64,000 nt of DNA from Macrostomum lignano (lineage: Eukaryota), in contig NIVC01001016.1 in assembly GCA_002269645.1 (NCBI GenBank), positions 1 through 64,000 on the forward strand. Reading direction: 5' to 3'. Of the stretch, positions 25,081-37,490 are shown in pieces; position 1 is the first letter of the stretch; each line of letters starts with the position of its first letter. The translations under genes and the position numbers were made by a program. Under the pieces are notes generated by a model, which saw only the letters and a list, made by a program, of their open reading frames with translations, was not told the origin of the DNA and did no database searches.

Positions 25081-26539
25081 AAGCCCAGGGCAAGAGCAAG
25101 GAGACAGCTGACTAATGTGGCACCTAAACTAAACTAGTGACTCACTAAAAAACAGAAAAGTTCTTTAGGGTATATGCTTTCTATGATGAGGAATTGAAGA
25201 ATAGGCTGCTTTTGAAGATGTCAGTTTAGTGCTTCAAGGGCATGTTGGCCATTGTGGACTTTTTGGCATATGTGATTAGTTTTTTAAATTGCCTTAAAAA
25301 GACATTTAAAATTACATTAGTCAGCATTTCTACAAATTCATCAATGAAAAGACCAACTTTAGACCAAAAATTTCTTTGTTTGTTACAGTTGCTTCAATAG
25401 CATATTCTCAAAAATTGGCAATAGTTTCAGGCAGATAAGTTGTTTTGCAAGCTGTACAACATGACAGATCTACCCTTTTTTATCCTCATACTGTTCTTAG
25501 TATCTATACACTTAAGACATGAGAAAACATTGTGAACATTTATTTGGATGATGCTAGCTAGGGCAGGTAGGTTGCACAAAATATGTGAAAGTTTAAGCAA
25601 CATAGTAACATTGATGGAGTTATTTTCAGCATCCCATAGTTGATTCTCAAGTTGCACTACATGCTCAAACAAAGCAAACCAAAGTGTCTTTGCTTATCAA
25701 AAGTGTCAAGTGACTATCGCAAGTGGGGATTTACATTTGAAATTGTTGATTTAATGGGCCACATAGAATCCTGTTTAGTATTTGAAACAAACATCATTAG
25801 CATTTAATTGGAGGAATCTATTAAAAGTTATTTTAATAATTAATCTTTAAAGTAAATAGACAAAAAGTAACTTTTGTTTGGTTAATTAATCACACACACT
25901 TTGTAGGTTAATTTTGGTTAACAAACTTGTAAATTAACAGAAATTAAAACTATGTAAAGTAACATATAGTAACATTTATTTACCCAAAGTCACATTAATC
26001 AACCTTCAGGCTATTAGTTATTTTAACCTTCATTTTCAATGAGCCATTTCGTTTTCACTGGATGAAGAACATCTAAGCTTTTTCATTGATTGATTGTGCT
26101 GTCAGATACCAGATGAAGACGACTTATATAGCTTATAGAAGCAAGTATCCCCCAGATAGAAAGAGCACAAAATCAAGGAAAAAGATAGAGACAACTGTAT
26201 GACATACTCAGTATTTACTAAACTGGAGACCCAGCAATAGCTATTGTAGTTTGATTGACAAAATTATTGAAACTAAAAGTTTTAAACTAAGATACTCTTA
26301 CAGCTAAAAAGTTATATTTGAATGTCATGTCTATAACAAAATCTAAGTATTTACTATTTGACTTAACTCTTGTATGACTTCCAATTAAATATAGAAAGTC
26401 TTGAAAATCCTTATAAAAATTTACATTCAAATTATATACTTTTATCAGACTGTAAAATTGTCTCTCAAAAGTATATTTAAATGACAATAATAATAATATT
26501 CATATTCATATTTATCTGTTATTGCAGCAAAGCACTGCC

Positions 26540-29500
26540 ATGGCCGACCCAGAGCTGCTGGACTATGATGATGAGGAGCAGGAGGCTGAGGTCGGAACCA
26601 ACGTTGCCAAGGTATCGGAAGGCAAGAAGGCAGGTCACAAGGGCTCCTACGTGACAATCCACAGCTCAGGATTCAGGGACTTCCTGCTGAAGCCGGAGCT
26701 GCTGCGGGCCATCGTGGACTGCGGCTTTGAGCACCCCAGCGAGGTGCAGCACGAATGCATTCCGCAGGCCATCCTGAGCATGGATGTGCTCTGCCAGGCC
26801 AAGTCAGGCATGGGCAAAACTGCCGTGTTTGTGCTGGCCACTCTGCAGCAGCTGGAGAGCGTTGATGAGGCCGAGCCGAGGGTTCTTGTGCTGTGCCACA
26901 CCAGAGAGCTGGCCTTCCAGATCTCCAAGGAGTACGAGAGGTTCTCCAAGTACATGCCGGGGGTGAACATCAGCGTGTACTTTGGCGGAGTGCCGGTCAA
27001 GAAGGACATCGAAGCGCTGAAGAAGTCGATGCCCCACATCGTTGTTGGCACACCTGGCAGGGTGCTCGACCTCGTGCGCAACAAAGCGCTGAGCCTGAAG
27101 TCCGTGAAGCACTTTGTGCTGGACGAGTGCGACAAGATGCTGGACCAGCTGGACATGCGCAGGGATGTGCAGGAGATCTTCAAGATGACGCCTCATCAGA
27201 AGCAGGTGATGATGTTCAGCGCCACGCTGAGCAAGGAGATCCGGCCAATCTGCAAGAAGTTCATGCAGGACCCGCTGGAGATTTACATCGATGACGAGAG
27301 CAAGCTGACCCTTCACGGACTCAAGCAGCACTACCTGAAGGTGAAGGAGAATGAGAAGAACCGCAAGCTGTTTGAGCTGATCGACGTTCTAGAGTTTAAC
27401 CAGGTGAGAACAGAGCGGACTGGCAGCTGGGGTCTGCACAGATGAGGCCTGCTCAGCAATGCAGACAGCTGCTGACTCAGTGAGCACAGATGAGGCCTGC
27501 TCAGCAATGCAGACAGCTGCTGACTCAGTGAGCACAGATGAGGCCTGCTCAGCAATGCAGACAGCTGACTCAGTGAGCACAGATGAGGCCTGCTCAGCAA
27601 TGCAGACAGCTGCTGACTCAGTGAGCACAGATGAGGCCTGCTCAGCAATGCAGACAGCTGCTGACTCAGTGAGCACAGATGAGGCCTGCTCAGCTGACCT
27701 GCCGGCCCCAATTCCCGCAGGTGATCATCTTCGTCAAGTCCGTGCAGCGCTGCATGGCTCTGTCGCAGCTGCTTGTTGAGCAGAACTTCCCCGCCATCGC
27801 CATCCACCGCGGCATGACTCAGGAGGAGCGGCTGGAGAAGTACCAGAGCTTCAAGAACTTCGAGAAGAGGATCATGGTGGCCACGAACTTGTTCGGCAGA
27901 GGCATGGACATCGAGCGGGTGAACATCGTCTTCAACTACGACATGCCCGAGAACTCGGACACCTACCTGCACAGGGTGAGTAGCTGGGATGATGGGGAAT
28001 CTCGGACACTTACCTGCTCAGGGTGAGTAGCTGGGATGATGGGGAATCTCGGACACTTACCTGCACAGGGTGAGTAGCTGGGATGATGGGGAATCTCGGA
28101 CACTTACCTGCTCAGGGTGAGCAGCTGGGATGGGGAATCTCGGACACCTACCTGCACAGGGTGAGCAGCTGGGATGATGGGGAATCTCGGACACTTAGCT
28201 GCACAGGGTGAGCAGCTGGGATGATGGGGAATCTCGGACACTTAGCTGCACAGGGTGAGCAGCTGGGATGATGGGGAATCTCGGACACTTACCTGCACAG
28301 GGTGAGCAGCTGGGATGATTGGGAATCTCGGACACTTACCTGCACGGGGTGAGCAGCTGGGATGATTGGGAATCTCGGACACTTACCTGCACAGGGTGAG
28401 CAGCTGGGATGATTGGGAATCTCGGACACTTACCTGCACAGGGTGAGCAGCTGAAATGATGGGGAATCTCGGACACTTAGCTGCACAGGGTGAGCAGCTG
28501 GGATGATGGGGAATCTCGGACACTTAGCTGCACAGGGTGAGCAGCTGGGATGATGGGGAATCTCGGACACTTACCTGCACAGGGTGAGCAGCTGGGATGA
28601 TTGGGAATCTCGGACACTTACCTGCACGGGGTGAGCAGCTGGGATGATTGGGAATCTCGGACACTTACCTGCACAGGGTGAGCAGCTGGGATGATTGGGA
28701 ATCTCGGACACTTACCTGCACAGGGTGAGCAGCTGGGATGATTGGGAATCTCGGACACTTACCTGCACAGGGTGAGCAGCTGGGATGATGGGGAATCTCG
28801 GACACTTAGCTGCACAGGGTGAGCAGCTGGGATGATGGGGAATCTCGGACACTTAGCTGCACAGGGTGAGCAGCTGGGATGATGGGGAATCTCGGACACT
28901 TACCTGCACAGGGTGAGCAGCTGGGATGATTGGGAATCTCGGACACTTACCTGCACGGGGTGAGCAGCTGGGATGATTGGGAATCTCGGACACTTACCTG
29001 CACAGGGTGAGCAGCTGGGATGATTGGGAATCTCGGACACTTACCTGCACAGGGTGAGCAGCTGGGATGATTGGGAATCTCGGACACTTACCTGCACAGG
29101 GTGAGCAGCTGGGATGGGGAATCTCGGACACTTACCTGCACAGGGTGAGCAGCTGGGATGGGGAATCTCGGACACTTACCTGCACAGGGTGAGCAGCTGG
29201 GATGGGGAATCTCGGACACTTACCTGCACAGGGTGAGCAGCTGGGATGGGGAATCTCGGACACTTACCTGCACAGGGATGGGGAATCTCGGACACTTACC
29301 AGCACAGGGTGAGCAGCTGGGATGGGGATCTCGGACACCTACCTGCACAGGGTGAGCAGCTGGGATGGGGAATCTCGGACACTTACCTGCACAGGGTGAG
29401 CAGCTGGGATGGGGAATCTCGGACACTTACCTGCACAGGGTGAGCAGCTGGGATGGGGAATCTCGGACACTTACCTGCACAGGGTGAGCAGCTGGGATGG

Positions 29501-30193
29501 GGAATCTCGGACACTTACCTGCACAGGGTGAGCAGCTGGGATGGGGAATCTCGGACACTTACCTGCACAGGGATGGGGAATCTCGGACACTTACCTGCAC
29601 AGGGTGAGCAGCTGGGATGGGGAATCTCGGACACTTACCTGCACAGGGTGAGCAGCTGGGATGGGGAATCTCGGACACTTACCTGCACAGGGTGAGCAGC
29701 TGGGATGGGGAATCTCGGACACTTACCTGCACAGGGATGGGGAATCTCGGACACTTACCTGCACAGGGTGAGCAGCTGGGATGGGGATCTCGGACACCTA
29801 CCTGCACAGGGATGAGGAATCTCGGACACTTACCTGTACAGGGATGGGGAATGTCGGACACTTACCTGCACAGGGTGAGCAGCAGGGATTATGGCATCTC
29901 GGACACTTCATAAACCTAAATTTTTGGATTTAAGCACAAAAATGAACAGAAATGTATTACTGGCTACTTTCCAATTCTCTCAGTAGTGCAGTTCGGACAC
30001 GCAATCTAAATTATTTCCAATCTCTTTCCAGGTGGCCCGCGCAGGCCGTTTCGGCACGAAGGGCCTGGCCATCACCTTCGTGTCTGACGAGGCCGACGTG
30101 AAAATCCTCAACGATGTGCAGAACCGCTTCGAGGTGAACATCACGGAGCTGCCCGAGGAGATTGAGATCTCGTCCTACATCGAGGGCCGCTAG
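26540..30193 (+). CDS. DDX39B: Spliceosome/mRNA-export DEAD-box helicase UAP56 (DDX39B/Sub2), 426 aa
   Basis: Exons 26540-27403, 27721-27975 and 30032-30193, both introns phase 0 GT-AG. Family hallmarks [16 protein letters not shown]-like N-terminus, [45 protein letters not shown]. Confidence 0.97.
27436..27694. repeat. About 48-nt minisatellite, about 5.5 copies, filling UAP56 intron 1
   Basis: Unit CAGATGAGGCCTGCTCAGCAATGCAGACAGCTGCTGACTCAGTGAGCA. Confidence 0.9.
27955..29910 (+). repeat. 44-48-nt array copying the exon 2/intron 2 junction of UAP56, about 40-45 copies
   Basis: Unit GGACACTTACCTGCACAGG|GTGAGCAGCTGGGATGATGGGGAATCTC is the last ~19 exon bases plus the donor site. Confidence 0.95.
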
Positions 30194-30849
30194 GCCGCCG
30201 ACTGGGTGTGTTGCTCTCGTTCTGCTTATGATTTTGTGGACCTGAATCGCTGTTCAATTTTTTAATTGGGTGTTGTCCATAGCAGCTGTTCGCATTTGTG
30301 CTGAAGTCTCTGTCTGTCTGTAACTCTCATTGGATCAAAATACCTTCATTTCTTCTTACAATTCAATAATTATTTAAAATATTATTATTCACTGACGTTG
30401 AAAAGCAACTCTGGTGTTTATTCAGTAGTAATGCTAATAACTATTCCGTGTAATTACTGTTATCACCTTAATTGACACCTTATTGATCAACAATATTCGC
30501 TAAGTGCACCCGTCGCTTTAATAACCATCCGGTTAAAACTCGTGTTTAATAATTAAATCTAATAACTATGAAATACAATGATGGTAAATATGACTAATAA
30601 CGATATTACTGGTCGCTGGCATTGGTTAGTGCAAATCAGTGAATCATTTTAAATTTATTTTCTAATTGATATTCCCCAGCTAATAGATGTAGGCTTAAGG
30701 CGCTGCAAATCTTGTCAACTCTTGAATGTTTGTTAGAAAACTTTTTGAAGGCTCCACGGAGGTAGGGAATAGGGTAGGAACTTGAGCAGGGTTCGGCAAA
30801 CTTGTTTTACCTTAAGAGCCAAATAGAGAATCTAGAGCATGTCTGCTGG

Positions 30850-31140
30850 CCGGAGGAAGGGAGAGGAGAGAGGATAAAGAAGAGAGAAGGGTGATAAGAG
30901 AAAGAAGAGGCGAGAGAATATAGTAGAAAAGGAGTGAAGTGGAGAGGAGATAGAAGAGGAAAGAAGGATAGGAGAGAGAGAGAAGAGAGGCGAAGAGAGA
31001 AAGGCGAGAGAAGATGGGAAAGGAGGATATGAGATGAGAGAGAAGAGAAGAGGAGATGATAGAGAAGACAAGAGAGAAAAGAGATAGGGTAGAGAAGAGA
31101 CTAGAGATGAGATGAGAGAGAAGAGCGCTGAGAAGAGATA
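30850..31140. repeat. Polypurine (GA-rich) low-complexity tract
   Basis: About 290 nt almost entirely A/G on the plus strand. Confidence 0.85.
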
Positions 31141-31289
31141 TAAACATCGAACGGGCCGGATTGCTATTTGTGAATTTTTAACGGACCGACCCATGATTTG
31201 AAGATTAAAAAATACATTATGTTCTTCTAACAAGAGATTTATGGAAATGTTTTTCTTTTTTTATGAATATGATGTTCATTCCCCTAAAC

Positions 31290-31435
31290 TGTGGTGACCA
31301 CGGGCAGCTGGTGCTGCGGTGTCGCGCTGGGAGATCCGGTGGTTCCGGCGTCCGTCGAGCCGCGGTCCCGTTCGAAGAGTCAAGAAAGTCAGGATGGTGG
31401 CTGTTCTGAGTAAAGGCGGAGCATTCGCAGATGTA
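31290..31435 (-). mobile_element. 3' remnant of a LOA-like LINE
   Basis: Shares CTGAGTAAAGGCGGAGCATTC with 53852-53872; encodes ICECSAFTQ, homologous to the zinc-knuckle end (FVSICPAFTR) of the 4.8-kb element. Confidence 0.55.
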
Positions 31436-31478
31436 TTCATAGAAACACACTAATAGATGGAAGTAACAGGGTTCTAAA

Positions 31479-31818
31479 GGGGGGCCGTAGCCCAGCGGTA
31501 GCGCAGCTGCTCTGGTGTGCCAGCGACCCAGACTCGATTCCAAGTGCAGTCACATTAATTTGGGGCTGAATTGGAATCTCGGCTTGGCTCTGCTCGTGCA
31601 ATTAACGGCCTTGAGAGCCAAACCCCCAAGGCGCGATAAAATAAAGTTAGGGCCGCTGTACACTCCTGTGTGAGTGTGTGCCTGCGTACGTATCCGCGCG
31701 CTTGTATGCCTGCTCAGGGGAGTCGGCGGAATGGGCAGTAATGCCTCTCGCCGGTTGTGTGCCTATGTCGCTTAAAGTGCGCCAGGGTGCACACAACCCC
31801 CCTGCTTCTAATAAAAAA
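31479..31818 (+). mobile_element. tRNA-derived SINE (family 2), full length, about 255 bp upstream of the HIRA ATG
   Basis: Near-identical to 11523-11887; TSD AACAGGGTTCTA (31465-31476 and 31817-31828). Confidence 0.9.
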
Positions 31819-32073
31819 CAGGGTTCTAGAAATATAGAAATTAGGGTTTGCGATAACCCTCCTCTCCCCCCTTACCCTGACGCTGAGCGAGAAAGTCCGG
31901 GCCGCTGTAAACCCTGTGGAAGTACTTTTATGTATAAACAGGTTGCTGACTGCTGAGCATAGGCAAGCCCGCCAATACTGTACACAGGCGCGCACTTATA
32001 CACAGGCTCTCACCGGGTGTACATTAGCCCTGACTTAATTATTCCATCTGACCATCACTCCAGCCGCTATGCC

Positions 32074-35000
32074 ATGAAGGTGGTGAAGCCTCAATGGATC
32101 CAATTAGACGGCGGCGCTCCAATCTTCTCTGTTGATATCGACGCCGGCTGCGAGAGGATCGCCACAGGCGGCCAAGGCGACGGCTGCGGCCTGGTTGTGC
32201 TGTGGCACCTGGAGCCCGCTCTGGACCCCTCTAGCCGGCGGCCGCGGCAGCTGTGCCGCCTCACCAGCCACGCCAGCTGCGTCAATGCCGTCAGATTTGC
32301 GCCAATCACTACTAATAGCAGTAACAATAAGAGATGGCTGGCCTCAGGCGCTGTTGATGGCCTGGTCATGCTCTGGTGCCACATGGGCGGCGGCGGCGGC
32401 AGCGGAGACTCCGAGGCCGCCAGCAACCCGCTGTTCGGCGGCGGCCTGGAGCACTGGCGCTGCGCAGCCACCCTGCGCGGACACGACGGCGACGTGCTGG
32501 ATTTGCAGTGGTCACCGCTGGGCGACAAGCTGGCCTCGGCCTCGGTTGACAACACGGTGACCGTGTGGCAGGCCTGGCCAGCTGGGCAGCACAAGCGGTT
32601 GGCTACACTCAAGGGCGATGGCGGACTGGTTAAGGGCGTCACCTGGGACCCTGTGGGTCGCTACTTGGCTAGTCAGGTGCGGTTTCGCGTCCTGATTGGG
32701 GTACCTGAACTTAGCTCGGTTTTTTTACTAATTTGGGCCCTACCCTTGTCTACTTTCATATCGTTGACCCACTAATGGACCCATACCATTGACCTACTAG
32801 CTAACCCACTTAATAACCCATACCGTTGACCCAGGTCCCACAATTTACCCACTATAGTTAACCTACTTATTCGCCCATACCATTGACTCACTGATTGACC
32901 CATATCGTTGACCCACTGATTGACCCATATCGTTGACCCACTGATTGACCCATATCGTTGACCCACTGATTGACCCATATCGTTGACCTAAGTCCCACAC
33001 AAGTGACCCACTATAGTTAACCTACTTATTCGCCCATTGACTTACTGATTGACCCGTACCGTTGACCCACTTATCCAATGACTCAGAGAGTCGACCCACT
33101 TATTGACTGCCTCAAGCAGTTGGCCCACGTCTTTTTCAACGAGTTACTAATTATTGACCTATCACACGTGATCCAGCAGCAACTCCAAACTCGCCCTGTT
33201 TGACCCAACAAAACAACGCAGAGCGACGACGGCAGCCTGTGCGTGTGGCGCACCGACACGTGGCGCCAGGAGGCGCGAATCACGGCGCCATTCAAAGGCG
33301 CGCCGCAGTCCACGCCGTTCCTGCGGCCCTCGTGGTCACCGGACGGCAGCTTCATTCTGGCCGCCAATGCCGTGAACTCCGGCTTCCCCACGGCCCCGCT
33401 GATCCACCGCGACAAATGGGCTTCAGACATGGACCTGGTGGGCCACATCAAGGCTGTCACCTGCTGCTCAGTCAGTCCCTGCCTGCTAAGTGGGCCTGGA
33501 GCTGGCCTGAGAAATGGTGGAAGCGATCTGAATGCTGAAAAGGAGGAAGAGGAGGTGCATGCCGCTTGCATGGCATTGGGATCTAAGGTGAGGATTGAAG
33601 AATCGCCCCGTAAACCTACTTGAGAATCAGCCAGTAAACCTACCTAAGATTCTGAGAATCGCCCCGTAAACCTACCTGAGAATCGCCCCGCAAACCTACC
33701 TGAGAATCGCCCCATAAACCTACCTGAGAATCGCACCGCAAACCTACCTGAGAATCACCCCATAAACCTACCTGAGAATCGCCCCATAAACCTACCTGAG
33801 AATCGCCCCATAAACCTACCTGAGAATCGCACCGCAAACCTACCTGAAAATCACCCCATAAACCTACCTGAGAATCGCCCCATAAACCTACCTGAGAATC
33901 GCCCCATAAACCTACCTGAGAATCGCCCCATAAACCTACCTGAGAATCGCCCCATAAACCTACCTGAGAATCACCCCATAAACCTACCTGAGAATCGCCC
34001 CATAAACCTACCTGAGAATCGCCCCATAAACCTACCTGAGAATCGCCCCGCAAACCTACCTGAGAATCGCCCCATAAACCTACCTGAGAATCACCCCATA
34101 AACCTACCTGAGAATCGCCCCGCAAACCTACCTGAGAATCGCCCCATAAACCTACCTGAGAATCGCCCCATGAACCTACCTGAGAATCGCCCCGCAAACC
34201 TACCTGAGAATCGCCGCATAAACCTACCTGAGAATCACCCTATAAACCTACCTGAGAATCGCCCCATAAACCTACCTGAGAATCGCCCCATAAACCTACC
34301 TGAGAATCGCCCCATAAACCTACCTGAGAATCGCCCCATAAACCTACCTGAGAATCGCACCGCAAACCTACCTGAGAATCGCCCCATAAACCTACCTGAG
34401 AATCGCCCCATAAACCTACCTGAGAATCGCCCCATGAACCTACCTGAGAATCGCCCCGCAAACCTACCTGAGAATCGCCCCATAAACCTACCTGAGAATC
34501 ACCCTATAAACCTACCTGAGAATCGCCCCATAAACCTACCTGAGAATCGCCCCATAAACCTACCTGAGAATCGCCCCATAAACCTACCTGAGAATCGCCC
34601 CATAAACCTACCTGAGAATCGCCCCATAAACCTACCTGAGAATCACCCCATAAACCTACCTGAGAATCGCCCCATAAACCTACCTGAGAATCGCCCCGCA
34701 AACCTACCTGAGAATCGCCCCATAAACCTACCTGAGAATCACCCTATAAACCTACCTGAGAATCACCCTATAAACCTACCTGAGAATCGCCCCAGAAACC
34801 TACCTGAGAATCGCCCCAAACCTACCTGAGAATCGCCCTGTAAACCCACCAGGACCGCAGCGTGTCCATCTGGCTGACTTCAATGCGCCGTCCCGTGCTC
34901 GCCCTGCACGACCTGTTCGCTGGCAGCGTCTGCGATCTCGCCTGGTCATCGGACGGTCTCGTGCTGGCTGCGGCGTCTCACGACGGCACCGTGGCGCTGC

Positions 35001-37435
35001 TTCACTTCGGCCCCGATGAACTGGGCAAGCCGGTCAGCCGGCGGGACCTGGCCAGGATTCACCGGCAGCGGTACGGCAACTCCGCACTGCTGACTGAGTG
35101 CGGCAGCGCCCCCGGCTGCGACCGGCCGCTGCCTGTCAGCGACCCGCAACTGCTCAGGTGGGTTGGTGACCGGGTGATTACGCTTATTTGTTGCTGTTCA
35201 CGCCATGTCTAGTGAGTGATTCACCCCATAATCTAGTGTGTGATTCACCCCATAACCTAGTGAGTGATTCACCCCATAATCTAGTGAGTGATTCACCCCA
35301 TAATCTAGTGAGTGATTCACCCCATAATCTAGTGAGTGATTCACCCCATAATCTAGTGAGTGATTCACGCCATAATCTAGTGAGTGATTCACCCCATAAT
35401 CTAGTGAGTGATTCACGCCATAATCTAGTGAGTGATTCACGCCATAATCTAGTGAGTGATTCACGCCATAATCTAGTGAGTGATTCACCCCATAATCTAG
35501 TGAGTGATTCACCCCATAATCTAGTGAGTGATTCACGCCATAATCTAGTGAGTGATTCACGCCATAATCTAGTGAGTGATTCACGCCATAACCTATTGAG
35601 TGATTCACGCCATGCTGTACAGTCACGCATATACTGTAACTATTATTTATTCGCTGCAGACTCCAGCAGGCCTCCGTGGCCAAAGCGGCTTCATCTGCAG
35701 CCGCTCAGCAGCAGCAGCAGCCCCAGCGGCCGTCGCCTCTGCCAGCGGGGCCGTCAGAGCAGCTGGAGAGCCGCGGCAAAGACGGCAAGCGGCGCATCAC
35801 GCCCAAGTTTCTCGGCCACCTGTACGAGCCTCAGCCTCAGGTGGCTGAGCAGCAGGTCCCAGCCTCCGTGCCCACCGCCCCCGCCAGCTCAGAGGCGACC
35901 AGCGGCCCCAGCCCGCAGCCGCCAGTTCTTGACGGACCTGTTCTTCCGCCCCCTCCTCCGCCGCCTCCTCCACCACCACCGCCGCCTCCTCCGCCCCCTC
36001 CGCCCCAGCCTGTCCACTCCTCGCCGTCGGCCTCTCCAAGCAAGCAGGAGCAGCAGAAGCAAAGCCAGAAGCGAGGCCGTCCTCCCCGGCTCGTGTCGAT
36101 GTCCTCAGTCGATGCCCACGACAGCCGGGACTTCAACGAGCCCGACACAAACAATAAGCCGCCAGCAAAGCAGCAGAAACTGTTGCAGAAGAAGCAGCAT
36201 TTAAAGCAGAAAAATTCGCAGAAGAAACAGCAGCAACAGAACCGACAGCGCCGGTCCAGAATCTCTTCTTCATCGGCATCGTCTGAGTCGGCTTCAGCCT
36301 CGGGCGATGCCGGCGACTCGTCGGCGAGTTCCAGCGACTCGGAGCAGCTGGACGCTGGCGAGTTGCGAGACAGGCCGCCCTTTCTTCCGTGTAAGCTGAG
36401 CTTCCACACTGCCGCCTCCGCTTCGGGTGCTTCTGCTACAGGCGGTATTGCTGCCGCGACCGCTCCGTTAGCTAACGGCCGCCTGGCGCGGATTGAACGG
36501 CGCCCTAGCAGCGGCGCCTACGTCTATTGGCTGAGCCTGTGCTTGGGCGAGACGGCGCTATGGACGGTGGGTTGGCATTTCAGCACTGAGTGACCTTTAT
36601 AGAGTAGAAAATCGACCCAATGCATTGTAATGCGTTTAGCCTGATGGCAATGGAATAATGACTCGTATGAGATACGACCTAACGAATAGAAGTAGTTGTA
36701 GTCGTAGCAATAGTAGCAGTAGTAATATTAGTAGTAGTAGTAGTAGTAGTAGTAGTAGCGGTAGTAGCAGTAGTAGCAGTAGTAGTAATCGCAGTAGCAG
36801 TTATGTTACCCGCATTCCTCCCACTCCCTTCAGATCCCGCTGTCTCGCCCACCCACATGTCTGGCCGCCGGCGGCCGGGTTATCGCTGTGGGCGACTCGG
36901 GCGGCCGCCTCCACCTGTTCGGCCACGACGGCTCCCGGCTGGCGCCGCCGCTGCTGCTGCCCGACTCCGCCGGGCCGCCGGCCGCCCTGACAGCCAGCGA
37001 CGACGGCCGGGTGGCCGCGGTGACCTGCTCCGGCCGGCTCTGCGTCTGGCAGCTGCTGGCCTCGCCTGCGGCGCCGCCGACCAGCTGCTTCAACTCGTCA
37101 GCGCCGATTCGGCGCCAACTGCAGGAACGCGCGCCACGCCTTACCGGCGCGCCTGTGCGAATCGTCTCTGTCAGCCTGCACGGGGCCGGCGGCCTCCTGC
37201 TGGCCTTGGCTAGCGGCCACGCAGTCTGCTACTGCGCTGCTCAGGGCGCCTGGCTGGACATTCTGGTGGGTGTCTGTCTGTCTGTCTGTCTGTCTGTGTC
37301 TGTCTGTCTGTCTGTGTCTGTCTGTCTGTCTGTCTGTCTGTGTCTGTGTGTCTGTCTGTCTGTCTGTCTGTCTGTGTCTGTCTGTCTGTGTCTGTGTGTC
37401 TGTGTCTGTCTGTCTGTCTGTGTCTTGTTTGTCTG

Positions 37436-37490
<55 letters not shown>

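Noticed and set aside
26522-26539. ORF-track N-terminal extension MQQSTA of UAP56
   Set aside because: It begins at TTG within a splice-acceptor context; homology starts at ATG 26540.
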